Positions 10,165 through 19,811 of a stretch of 64,000 bases of DNA are shown here, one piece after another. Position 1 is the first letter of the stretch; every line of letters begins with the position of its first letter. The position numbers were made by a program, and so were the translations under genes. The notes beneath the pieces are model-generated. The model saw nothing but the letters and a program-made list of their open reading frames with translations. It did not search any database and had not been told where the DNA came from. The DNA comes from Candidatus Latescibacterota bacterium. GTDB lineage: Bacteria > Latescibacterota > UBA2968 > UBA8231. The DNA is taken from assembly GCA_965261395.1 (NCBI GenBank), contig OZ253462.1, positions 2,784,001-2,848,000 on the forward strand. Direction: 5' to 3'.

Positions 10165-13100
10165 TCACTTAGCCTCAACCGATTCGCCGTTATTTTCCAT
10201 ATCGGCATACGCTCTGTCAAGCTCTTGCTGAATTGCGAGCGTGATTCCTATAGCCGTCACCATTCGGCAGTAAGTGCGGATGTCGTCGAGGTCGAGGCGG
10301 CGGTCTCTGCGATCTTTCAACCACTTATCGCAGACTTGGTAGCCGCCAATCTGATATTCCTGAACTTCCAAGGCAACAGGACCGAAGTACTGCGTCTTGT
10401 TGACGTACATGCGTTGTTCTCCGGCGTCATAGCGAAAGCCCTGTGCCTTCGTCCGTGCAACGACCGCGTTGCCTTCGCCCTCAAACCGGCAGGTCGGCGG
10501 GTCGAGTTCCGGCGACTTGAGAAGATGCAGGTCGGCCAATCGAGTGCCGAGAGCGGCGAAGTTGGTAAACAACGCTCTGTCCTTTGTGAACGGAATGCGC
10601 GGGAAGTCGGTCCGCAGAAACTCGGCGTATTGCTCGCGGTAGGAAGGAGCATATAGAATGGCGTATATATAGTGGAAAATTTCCTCGGGTGAGGGTGCTC
10701 GGCCATGCGCCTCTGTTAGAGCTGCGATTAGTTTGGAGTTCAGGTTCGGTCGTCGGTCGTCGGCGGTGAGATAAAGAAGGTAGAGGGGGAAGTTGTAATC
10801 GATGGTCTTCAGCGAAACAGCGACATGTCCGGAGATGCCGGCTGAGACGAAAGCGTGTTGCCAAGTTCCCACATGCTCAACACGCTTCGGCACCATTAGT
10901 GCCAGATTCTCCCCGGCCAGCATGTGCCGCATGATTGTGCTTGGCCTGGAGATGAACCCGTTTGACCGACCGGTATAATAGGTGTGGCGCACGTCAAAGG
11001 GCCGATACAGGATTGGAACCACTTTTTCGCGTGTGGGGCCGGAAGCGAGCAAGTCTTTCTGTGCCATCGTCACTTTCCAGCCCTGTGCATCTTTGCCGAG
11101 TTGGAAAGTATGACGGGCCAGTTCCGGGTCCATCCCCGAAAAGAGGATGACGGTATCCCACGATCTTGCTCTGACCAGCAAATCGTCAGGCGGTCGCGCG
11201 CGGTCACGATGCCGACATTGTTGACTGGGAATACATCGGGAATGGAAACAAACCGGCGATACTTGGCTTCGAGCGCATCATCACGCGGCGCGAACAGATA
11301 GGACGGCGAGGCCGGGTTTATCTGTTGCCATTCGGTATTGCCTCGGTTATGGGCAGCCAGCCAGTCATACTTGCCCTCACGGGTTCCGTATAGCTCGGCG
11401 TGATGGACCCGAGTATCGCACTCTTTTTTGCTGTTGCGCTTGACGAAAAAGGCAATGGCCACACCCTGCCGAATATCAAAGACGTTCTGGTCCAAACTCC
11501 CACCGGGGCCAGTTTCCTTCTTCAGCGAATTGCCGTGCAGATCGAGAATATAGATGTCGTCGAAAGTGTGCATCAGGCTCTGGCGCATGCCGCGAAAGGT
11601 TGGGTTGTCGAGGTAGCTGTGGTTGGTGATCATGCCGACGACGACGCGTCCGGCTTGCTCAATTTTCCACTGGGCAAAACGGAGAAACTTGACGTAATCG
11701 TCCTGGAGCCATTTAGGCTGTTTTTCACCCAGCGGCTTTCCATCCACCTGCTTGTAATCCTCAATCAACTCCCGTATCCAGTCCCCCTTGTTACTCGAAT
11801 CGCCCGAATAGGGCGGATTGCCGAGGATGAGCAGGATCGGCGTCTGTCTCTTGACTTCGCCCGCCAAGCGGGATTCCGCGGCTAAGGCAGAAAGGCCGGG
11901 CAAACGGCTCTCTTCCAGTTCGTCTGTGTCGAGGGTATTGGTAAGATAGAAAGGAACGCGCTCGTCGTTGGCGAGACGGTGGCCGAGTTCCTCCAGAAAA
12001 AAGCTCATCTTGAGGTGGCCGACCGCGTAGGGTGCCATCATCAACTCAAGGGCATAGAAATTCTGGAGGATATGCCGACGGATAAAATCCTCTTTTCCGC
12101 CGCTGCCGTACTTGGCCTCAAACTCGGCGACAGCTTCTTGGGCGGCACGAGCGACAAAAGTCATGGTGCCCGCCGCTGGATCGAGCAACGTCACACCATC
12201 AGAGGCGAGACCGTCGCGCTTGTCGAATTCCGTCTTGAGTAGGCCGTGCAGGGAACGCACGATGTAGCCAACTACTGATTCGGGCGTGTAATACACCCCC
12301 CGCCGCTCACGCTCGTCGGGATCGTATTGCGCCAAGAAAGTCTCGTAGAAATGCACGATCGGATCGCTGCCCTTGCCCTCGCGGTAGTAGGCATTGAGAA
12401 TGCCGGGCGCGTCGGCCACGGCCAGGACTTCGGCGAGGTCGTCAACGCACCAAGCGAGCGGATCGGGCAAGTCGTCGAGCGAGATGAAGCGGAACAAATC
12501 GCGCAGGACGCCGATGGTGTGCGGGATGTTGTCGAACGCGGCGCGCCGATTGAAGCCATCGCCGGCGCGGGTGCGGGCGGCGAACAGGCCATAGGTAATG
12601 GTCTGGGCGAACAGATCAGCGAAATCTTCGGGCGTCAGCGAGCCAATGAGGTAGGTTTGGAAAGCCTCGAAGAAGCCGGCGAGCATACCGGGATTCGCCT
12701 GTTCCTGTTGGAACTGCTCGCCGATCACATCGCGGAGGAGGCGCGTGCGTTTGGCCAGTTCGACAGCGAGAGATTCGGCGGTAAACGTCTGGGGTAGCGC
12801 AAAGTCCAAGAAGCGGTCGAGCAAGGCGTAGAGTTCATCTGGGTTTTCGAGCGGGGGCGTGGTGTGCACTGCGTTGAGTATAAAGGGCCGACCTGCCAGG
12901 ACCGTCTGGACGAGATCGCCGTTCCGATACAGGCGGAATTCGAGAAAGTTGGTGAGGATAAGGTTCGGAAACGTAGCGCGATAGCGTTTGAGTTGTTCGG
13001 AATTTCCGATACTATCCAGCCGCTCTTCGGTCGGCTTCTTCGCCTCGACATAGCCGATGATCCGGTCCGTCCCATTCCAGAGACGGAAGTCTGGGTTGCC

Positions 13101-13277
13101 GCCCTCGGTGGGTCTGGGAAGTGTGGTGACGTGTACGTCCGTCTTCCCGGTGGCGCAGGCCATTTCCTTCAGCATATCTGCCAGCGCTGGGTAGAAGCTC
13201 TCCTCCCGTGCGTCGCCTTGGCGAGCTACGGCGGCGAGGGTTTTCAAATACGTTGAAAAGAGGGTTTTCTTGCTCAC
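10165..13277 (-). pseudogene. Type ISP/IIG restriction-modification enzyme (N6-adenine MTase plus C-terminal specificity domain), frameshifted near 11161
   Basis: PDF...YVEAK nuclease motif, GVYYTP, LDPAAGT and GNPPY in ORF 11070-13277; Type ISP C-terminal motifs (YRPFD, FPRIP, YQIGGYQVCDKWLKDR) in ORF 10165-11181; ...GAG CAA GAT CG TGG GAT... lacks one base. Confidence 0.85.
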
Positions 13278-13319
13278 AAGATTATCCTGTTGCCGGGTAA
13301 CGATAAAGTTACCGACTTG

Positions 13320-14060
13320 TTAGGCAGCGAGTGTGTAACCAAGTGCATCCGATAGGCGCGCTACAAAAGACTTATCAGCAGAATCAACTGATGCATACCA
13401 TTCTGATAGGTAGCCCTCAAGTCTTGCCCGAGAAGACGGAAATCTGCCAATAGAATTCCATCCCATGGGATCACTCTCGAAGATGGGCAAAAGAGTGTAT
13501 GCCACCAATGTATTCTTATCTCTCTGATAAGGACACTTGCGTAACTCCTCCTCGTGAGACAATAGCCAAGTCGGAAGAGTGACGCCTGCAGGTAGCTGCA
13601 ACTCTTGACAGGAAAGATGTTCTTGCACGTAGCTCTTCAAAGATTCTGCGTAGTCTGCCCAACTAGGGTAAGGTGGATTGGTACGCCATCGCTCCGCCAT
13701 CCTTCGAAGAGTAAAAACGGAAGCAATTTCGCAGATTGTCTCGTGAAACCAATTGTTTGGATTGTCTCTCAGACACTCGTGGCGAGATAGGACATGACAA
13801 AACTCGTGCGAGAATTGGTATGCAAATTGGCACCATAATCGATTACGGGTGTTGAGCTGAATGACGAATGGCTCGTGTGGAGAGCAACGATAAAGAGCAC
13901 GAGGCGTTTCATCATTGGGTGGTGCAGCTTTGACATAAATCTCTCCAGCAAAAGGAATTCTGAGCAATTGATTCAGGTGAGATGCCGTGTCTTCCAGCAA
14001 TATCTTGATGTCGCAGAGTTGAGCATCACCCCAATCACTCGGTAAAACCGAGAGTTGCAT
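13320..14060 (-). CDS. Hypothetical protein with a HExxH zincin-like motif
   Basis: FAYQFSHEFCH followed by WFHETICE; visibly more AT-rich than the flanking catabolic genes. Confidence 0.65.
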   Translation of the reverse strand: MQLSVLPSDWGDAQLCDIKILLEDTASHLNQLLRIPFAGEIYVKAAPPNDETPRALYRCSPHEPFVIQLNTRNRLWCQFAYQFSHEFCHVLSRHECLRDNPNNWFHETICEIASVFTLRRMAERWRTNPPYPSWADYAESLKSYVQEHLSCQELQLPAGVTLPTWLLSHEEELRKCPYQRDKNTLVAYTLLPIFESDPMGWNSIGRFPSSRARLEGYLSEWYASVDSADKSFVARLSDALGYTLAA

Positions 14061-14084
14061 ATGTGTCTCGCTTCCTGATGATCT

Positions 14085-14122
14085 GGCAGTCAGTGTACTC
14101 GATTAACGTGTCACTGACTGCC
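14085..14122. promoter_or_regulatory. 11-bp inverted repeat upstream of the HExxH gene
   Basis: ggcagtcagtg ... cactgactgcc. Confidence 0.5.
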
Positions 14123-14214
14123 CGTGTTAGTTGTCGACTTTCGCCAACGTGCGTGGCTCGAATTGGCTCCAATTTATACCACTTCTATTGCAGTGCCTTC
14201 TAATACTCTTGGAT

Positions 14215-14357
14215 TCATTCCCGCTCCTTGCGTATCCATCCCCAGAACAGATTATCGCGCTGATGGCCCGCCGCCAAGTATTCGGCCTTGAGTTGTGAGC
14301 GCGCGTCGCCGGCGTAGTCGGTCACGGGTTGGCCCTGCGCGTCCAGCGCGAGGCCGT
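14215..14357 (-). pseudogene. C-terminal remnant of an amidohydrolase-family gene (copy 1)
   Basis: Reads GLALDAQGQPVTDYAGDARSQLKAEYLAAGHQRDNLFWGWIRKERE*, near-identical to 16926-17062. Confidence 0.7.
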
Positions 14358-14454
14358 GATGTTGTCCAGATACAGCACGTTCCTAGGCTGCCATAAGTTC
14401 ATCTTTGTGCAGTTCAATCCACTCTTGTAAAACCGGGACCGACCCCCACCCCGC

Positions 14455-16842
14455 CTAGCGCACCAGCAGCAACTTGCGCGTCTGCCTCTCGCTTCCAGCC
14501 CGTAGCTGGTACAAATACAATCCCGAAGCCAGCGGACGCCCCTGCCCATCGCGGCCATCCCAATGCAACACGTACCGGCCAGCGGCCCGGTGGCCACTGA
14601 CCAAGGTCGCCACGTGCTGACCTGTGAGAGTATAGATTTTCAACTCGACCTCTTGAGCGCGGTCGAGGGTATAGCGGATCGCGGTTTGGCTGTTGAACGG
14701 ATTGGGGAAATTCTGCTCTAGGCCAAAGTGCTGCGGAGTCGCGTCTTCGCGTGCCTCGCGGACGACAGTCGGCCCGGCAAACTCTGTGCGCACCAGCCGC
14801 AAATCGTCGATGTAAAAGCGCCCTTCTAGGTTGGTAGCAAAGCGCACGGTCTCTATCGGCTGGTCGAGAGTACCGAACGCGCTTAAGGGGACTTCAATCA
14901 CCTGCCACTCCTTGCGCCCCAAATCCAACTCGGAATCGCCTGCTCCTTCGCCCAAAAGCACGACCTGCTGGAAGCGACCGCTTTCCAACATCACCTCGAC
15001 CACATCGCCTTCGGCTGGCACCACATCGCCGGGATGGATCGCCAGTCGCAGCGCCCGATAGCCTATCGTCTCGATAGGTGCCGGCGGCTCCATGTCTAGC
15101 TGCCAAGGCAACAGCCGCGTCAGGGGATCGGCCGTCAGCACGCCAGCCGCGGTGCCAGTAAAAACCGGGCCGCTCCCATCGAACTCAAAGCTGTCCAAGC
15201 CCAAACCGGCATTTGCGGTCCAGCCCAGAGCCAACTCGTCATCGACGATCGCCAAGTCTTCGGCTGGCAGCACCACCAGCGTGCGCGAGAGCGCGATTTC
15301 AAACGGGCCTTCCGAGGTATTCTGCGCCACGCGCACCACGATTTGCTTGCGGCCGTTGGTCTCTGCTCCCGCCAATGCGGCCTCCAGCCGATAACGCCCG
15401 TCGCCTAAATCGGTAAGCGGCGTTTCGGCGCTGCCGCCCAAGTCACTCAGATCGGCTACCGCTACCGGCTCGGCAGCTTCCCGGTCAAAGCGCGTCAGCG
15501 CGATCGCGGCGGCCAAATCGAGCGGCTGACCGGCCAAGATCGTATCCGGCGGCTCAGCTTCCCACTGGCCCATCAGCGGCCCAACCCGCACCCGGAAAAC
15601 CGCTTGGGTCGTGTGATCGCTGGAGACGTAGAGCACCCCTTGGGCGTCGCTTTCCAGACCCACGGGCTTACCCCATACCCTGTTGCTACCCGGATTGGGG
15701 CGGAAGCCGGTGAGAAAGTCGCCTACCTGGGCATTTTGCCCGTCCGGGTCGCTGAACACCGCCATCACCTTATGGCCTAGGTCGTTGCCCCGCACACCGG
15801 CACGAAGCGCGACAAAGGCTTGGTTGTGATATTCGGAGGGAAATTGGTCCCCGGTGTAAAAGTGAATCGCCATCGGCACCGTGTGAGCCGCGACCGTGGC
15901 GACCGGCTGCGGCATGCGCTCCACATCGAGCGTGTCTTGGCGCGTAAAGGGCGCAATTGAGCGGAAGTATTCGTCGACCTCAAAGTCAATCCACGCTTGG
16001 TAGCCGTGCGCCAGCGGCCAGCCGTAGAACCCGCCCTCGCGCACGATGACAATGGTCTCAGGGGGCAAGTCCCGCCCGTTGGGAAAGCGGTCGCGGTCGT
16101 GGCCGTTGTTGGTCGCCCACAACGCGCCGGTGAGCGGATGCAGCGCCAAGCCTATGGCATTGCGCAAACCGCTGGCGAAAATCCGTCGTCTCGTGCCGTC
16201 GAGGTTAAAAGCCAGCACGGCAGCGCGCTCGGGATCGCTTTCGCGGCACAGATCGCAGGAGGACCCTTGATGCACGTATATCCGCTCGTTGGCCTCGTCG
16301 AAGACGATGGTGTGCGTAACGTGCTCGGCTCCACCCAAGCCGGGGATCCACGTCGCCAAATTGGCGATAAAGACTTCGCGCTCTTCGTAAAAGCCGTCGC
16401 CATCGCCGTCCCTGAAGCGCACGACCTCCTCGGTATCGGCCACGTACATAGCCCCTTGATAAAAGGCCACGCTATTGGGCCACAGCAGATCGTCGGCCAC
16501 CGTCCGCACCTCGTCGGCGCGGCCATCGCGGTCGCGGTCGGGCAGCGCCACAACGCGCCCGGTGCGGTTGGGGTCGGCACTCCACTCGCTGTTGCCTCGG
16601 GTGCCCATGACGGCCACGTGCAGCACGCTATCCGGACTCCACGCCATCAGCCGCGCCTTGCCGATATCCTCGGCGAACAGCTCGACGACAAAACCGGGAG
16701 GGACGTTCAAGGTCCGATCCTCCATCCCCGCAACGGCGACCGGCTGGAGTTGAAGGTCGATTTTGGGGGACAGATAGACCTCACCGGGCGCTTGGGCATA
16801 GACGCTGCTGACGAGGAGACAAAGGGCGATAAGCAAACGCAT
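14455..16842 (-). CDS. Secreted PQQ-dependent sugar (glucose/sorbosone) dehydrogenase-like protein with C-terminal FlgD-Ig domain
   Basis: Signal peptide; GSSCDLC, ASGLRNAIG, GGFYGWP, GKPVG...LYVSSD; tail QNFPNPFN...WDGRD...SGLYLY. Confidence 0.85.
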   Translation of the reverse strand: MRLLIALCLLVSSVYAQAPGEVYLSPKIDLQLQPVAVAGMEDRTLNVPPGFVVELFAEDIGKARLMAWSPDSVLHVAVMGTRGNSEWSADPNRTGRVVALPDRDRDGRADEVRTVADDLLWPNSVAFYQGAMYVADTEEVVRFRDGDGDGFYEEREVFIANLATWIPGLGGAEHVTHTIVFDEANERIYVHQGSSCDLCRESDPERAAVLAFNLDGTRRRIFASGLRNAIGLALHPLTGALWATNNGHDRDRFPNGRDLPPETIVIVREGGFYGWPLAHGYQAWIDFEVDEYFRSIAPFTRQDTLDVERMPQPVATVAAHTVPMAIHFYTGDQFPSEYHNQAFVALRAGVRGNDLGHKVMAVFSDPDGQNAQVGDFLTGFRPNPGSNRVWGKPVGLESDAQGVLYVSSDHTTQAVFRVRVGPLMGQWEAEPPDTILAGQPLDLAAAIALTRFDREAAEPVAVADLSDLGGSAETPLTDLGDGRYRLEAALAGAETNGRKQIVVRVAQNTSEGPFEIALSRTLVVLPAEDLAIVDDELALGWTANAGLGLDSFEFDGSGPVFTGTAAGVLTADPLTRLLPWQLDMEPPAPIETIGYRALRLAIHPGDVVPAEGDVVEVMLESGRFQQVVLLGEGAGDSELDLGRKEWQVIEVPLSAFGTLDQPIETVRFATNLEGRFYIDDLRLVRTEFAGPTVVREAREDATPQHFGLEQNFPNPFNSQTAIRYTLDRAQEVELKIYTLTGQHVATLVSGHRAAGRYVLHWDGRDGQGRPLASGLYLYQLRAGSERQTRKLLLVR

Positions 16843-16880
16843 CGTTGGAAACCTTTCTACAAATAAGGTAACATTCAGAC

Positions 16881-16928
16881 GTAGGGGCAGGGTTGCCCAC
16901 CCTCAGACGCCACGTAGGGCGACCCCTA
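16881..16928. repeat. REP-like GTAGGG palindrome
   Basis: gtaggggc-agggttgccc ... gggcgacccct imperfect stem starting with a GTAG tetranucleotide. Confidence 0.4.
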
Positions 16929-17222
16929 TTCCTTGTGGACCCACCCCCAGAACAGATTGTCGCGCTCATTGCCCGCCGCCAAGTATGCAGCCTTGAGCTG
17001 CGACAGTGCGTCGCCGGCGTAGTCGGTCACAGGTCGGCCCTGTGTGTCCAGCGCGAGGCCGTATTGCCCGGCGGCGTTGATGCCAAAGATCGCGTTTTTC
17101 ACCGGGCCGTCGGCCGGGCCGAGCGGTGCTAGCTCAAGTTTGTCCTGCAAGTCGGGCGGCAACTCAATCCGGCGAAACGCCTCAATCTGCCATTGCGGCG
17201 AGCCAAACCAAATCGAATCCTT
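16926..17222 (-). pseudogene. C-terminal remnant of an amidohydrolase-family gene (copy 2)
   Basis: DSIWFGSPQWQIEAFRRIELP...KNAIFGINAAGQYG is typical of amidohydrolase_2 C-termini; N-terminal barrel is absent. Confidence 0.7.
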
Positions 17223-17312
17223 TCTCGTGCCTGAATATACGCCACAATAGCCGTAGCGCATTCATCCGCCGCGTCTTATTTTCCCGCACACACCTCACTC
17301 GGAGGATTCATC

Positions 17313-18314
17313 ATGCGCATCGGCATCATGGGCGTCCACTACGGCCACATCAGCGGCATGATCCAATCCGCTTTGCAGGCATCAAACGGCCAAATCGTCG
17401 GCTTGGTTGAAGACGACGACGCGCTCTGCGCGCGCTATTCATCCATCCCCCGCTTCGCCACCTTGGACGACATGATCGCCCGCGCCCGGCCCGAGCTAAT
17501 CCTCGAAGGCTTGATCCACCACGAGAAAACCGCGCTCGTGGAAACCTGCGCCCGCGCCGGCATTCACCTGCTCCTCGACAAACCCCTGTGCCGCACGCTC
17601 GACGACTGGGAGCGCATGCGCCGCGCCGTAGCCGCCAGCCCAATCCACGTGTCTATGTGGTTCACCTCGCGTAGCTATCCGCCGTTTATCGCCCTGCGCC
17701 AAGCCATCCGCGAAGGCGCGCTCGGGACCATCGCCAGCCTCATCTCCACCCACCCGCACAAGATCCGCCGCGCCACTGCTCCGGCTTGGTATTTCGACCC
17801 GGAGCAGTACACGGGCGCGTTCCACGACCTAGCTTGCCACGGCGTTGATCAAATCCGCTGGCTCACCAATGCTGAATGCGTCGGCGTCCACGCCCTCACC
17901 ACCTGCAAGCGGTTTACGGCGGAGCCGCGCTTAGACGACCACGTGCAGGCTTCCTTCGAGCTATCCGACGGCGCGTTGGCAACCCTTACCGCCGACTGGC
18001 TCACGCCCCAAGCCGCGCCCTCGTTTGGCGACACCCGCTTCATCGTCATGGGCACGGCCGGCTCGGCGCATCTGCGCGCCTATGCCGAAGACCATCTGCT
18101 CATCGCCACCAACGAGCGCGGCCCGTACGCGCCCGATTTGCCTGGAGACCAAGGCGGTGCGTTCGTCGCCAACCTGATCGACGCCATTGAACGCGGCACC
18201 GATCTCTTCATCCCCACCCGCTCGGTGTTCGCCACCGCCCAAGCCTGCCTGCTGGCCCAAGAGTCCGCCCGGCAAGGGGGCACCTTTCTCCGCATTCCAC
18301 CCTTTGCGCTATGA
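17313..18314 (+). CDS. Gfo/Idh/MocA family oxidoreductase
   Basis: MRIGIMG, LLDKP, GAFHDLACHGVD; GGAGG RBS. Confidence 0.85.
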   Translation: MRIGIMGVHYGHISGMIQSALQASNGQIVGLVEDDDALCARYSSIPRFATLDDMIARARPELILEGLIHHEKTALVETCARAGIHLLLDKPLCRTLDDWERMRRAVAASPIHVSMWFTSRSYPPFIALRQAIREGALGTIASLISTHPHKIRRATAPAWYFDPEQYTGAFHDLACHGVDQIRWLTNAECVGVHALTTCKRFTAEPRLDDHVQASFELSDGALATLTADWLTPQAAPSFGDTRFIVMGTAGSAHLRAYAEDHLLIATNERGPYAPDLPGDQGGAFVANLIDAIERGTDLFIPTRSVFATAQACLLAQESARQGGTFLRIPPFAL

Positions 18315-18323
18315 GCGATAACC

Positions 18324-19772
18324 ATGTCTACTGACCTCATTGACCCCAAAAAGCACCGCCAGCTCTTCCTCGACAGCCGCGCCTTAGTCTCTGAGCAAGG
18401 CACCACCCGCACCCTGCATCCGCCCAAAAAGTGCGGCCCTCTCATCACTGGCGGCATCCAGAGCCGCAGCGCCCCCTTGTGGAATCCAGACGAAGAGCGC
18501 TACGAATGGTGGTACAACGGCCCGCAGGCCCGCTTTGCCATCTCCCGCGACGGCGAGCACTGGGAACAACCCTCCCTAGGGCTATATGAGTGGAACGGCA
18601 GCAAAGACAACAACATCGCCTGCGACCCCAACGGCCCGGGCCTGTACCACATCGTCCGCGACGAACGCGACCCAGACCCGAGCCGCCGCTACAAAGCCCT
18701 GTTCAACGGCCGCGGCCGCGGCGGTGCCATCTCGCCCGACGGCTTTGCCTGGACCCCGCTCACCAGTTCCTTTATCCCCAGTCAAGACGAGTCCCAGTTT
18801 GTGTACGACCCCTATACCGAGCAATTCCTCGCCTTGGTCAAGCAGCCCACCGAGTGGGGCCGCTCGGTCTGGCTGGCGACCAGCCGCGACTTCGACCACT
18901 TCACCGCGCCCGAACTCATCTTCCACGCCGACGAAACCGACTGGGAAAACTGCCGCCAGCGTGTCCGCACCATCATCGACGATCCCGCGTACATCACCCC
19001 GCCGATCATCGATGACGAAGACTACCACGCCGAGATCTACAACATGGCCGTCATGCCCTATCAGGGGCTGTACATCGGCTTCCCCACGGTTTTCAACCCC
19101 ATCGGCGCGATCCCGCCGCCAGCCACCAACTTCACCCGCATCAACCAGATCGAAATGGCGGTCTCGCGCGACCTGTACACCTATGATCGCGTGGCCGACC
19201 GCACGCCCTTTATCGGCATCGAACCTTGGGATGGGGAAAACTACGGCACCAGCCAGCTCCTTATGGCCGGTGCGCCGCTGGTGCGCGAAGATGGCGAGAT
19301 TTGGATTTACTACAACGCCCTCCGCATACCGAGCAGCGTGGAAATGTACCAACGCTTCAACCGCTGCAAGGAGCTGTTCCGACTCGGGGTGGGCGAGCGC
19401 CACTTCGCCGACCCGGGTGCGCTCTGCTTGGCCAAGCTGCCGCCCGACCGCTTCGTCTCCATCGACGGCGACGAAATCGCCACCCTCGTCACCCAGCCCT
19501 TCCACTGGCGCGGCGAAGACCTCTACCTCAACGCCAACGCCCGCTGGGGCGAAATCTACGCCGAGATCCAAGACGCCGAGACCGGCAGCCCCCTCCCCGG
19601 CTTCTGGGTGCCCGGAGAGGAGCCGCCGCCCTTCACCGGCGACAGCCTGCGGGCCAAATACGTCTGGAAGCACCCGCACGATTTGGTATTTGAAAAACCG
19701 GTGCGCCTGAAATTCTACCTGCACCAAGCCCGCCTCTACGCCTACTGGCTCGAAGACCGCGGCGTTGAATAG
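18324..19772 (+). CDS. Glycoside hydrolase-like beta-propeller protein (GH32/43-like fold)
   Basis: Asp-box-like SRDGEHW, SPDGFAW and SRDFDHF repeats, RYKA, C-terminal LYLNA..VRLKF sandwich. Confidence 0.6.
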   Translation: MSTDLIDPKKHRQLFLDSRALVSEQGTTRTLHPPKKCGPLITGGIQSRSAPLWNPDEERYEWWYNGPQARFAISRDGEHWEQPSLGLYEWNGSKDNNIACDPNGPGLYHIVRDERDPDPSRRYKALFNGRGRGGAISPDGFAWTPLTSSFIPSQDESQFVYDPYTEQFLALVKQPTEWGRSVWLATSRDFDHFTAPELIFHADETDWENCRQRVRTIIDDPAYITPPIIDDEDYHAEIYNMAVMPYQGLYIGFPTVFNPIGAIPPPATNFTRINQIEMAVSRDLYTYDRVADRTPFIGIEPWDGENYGTSQLLMAGAPLVREDGEIWIYYNALRIPSSVEMYQRFNRCKELFRLGVGERHFADPGALCLAKLPPDRFVSIDGDEIATLVTQPFHWRGEDLYLNANARWGEIYAEIQDAETGSPLPGFWVPGEEPPPFTGDSLRAKYVWKHPHDLVFEKPVRLKFYLHQARLYAYWLEDRGVE

Positions 19773-19811
19773 GAGTCGGCGACCTCCGGCACATCGCCGC
19801 TAGTGAGCTTT

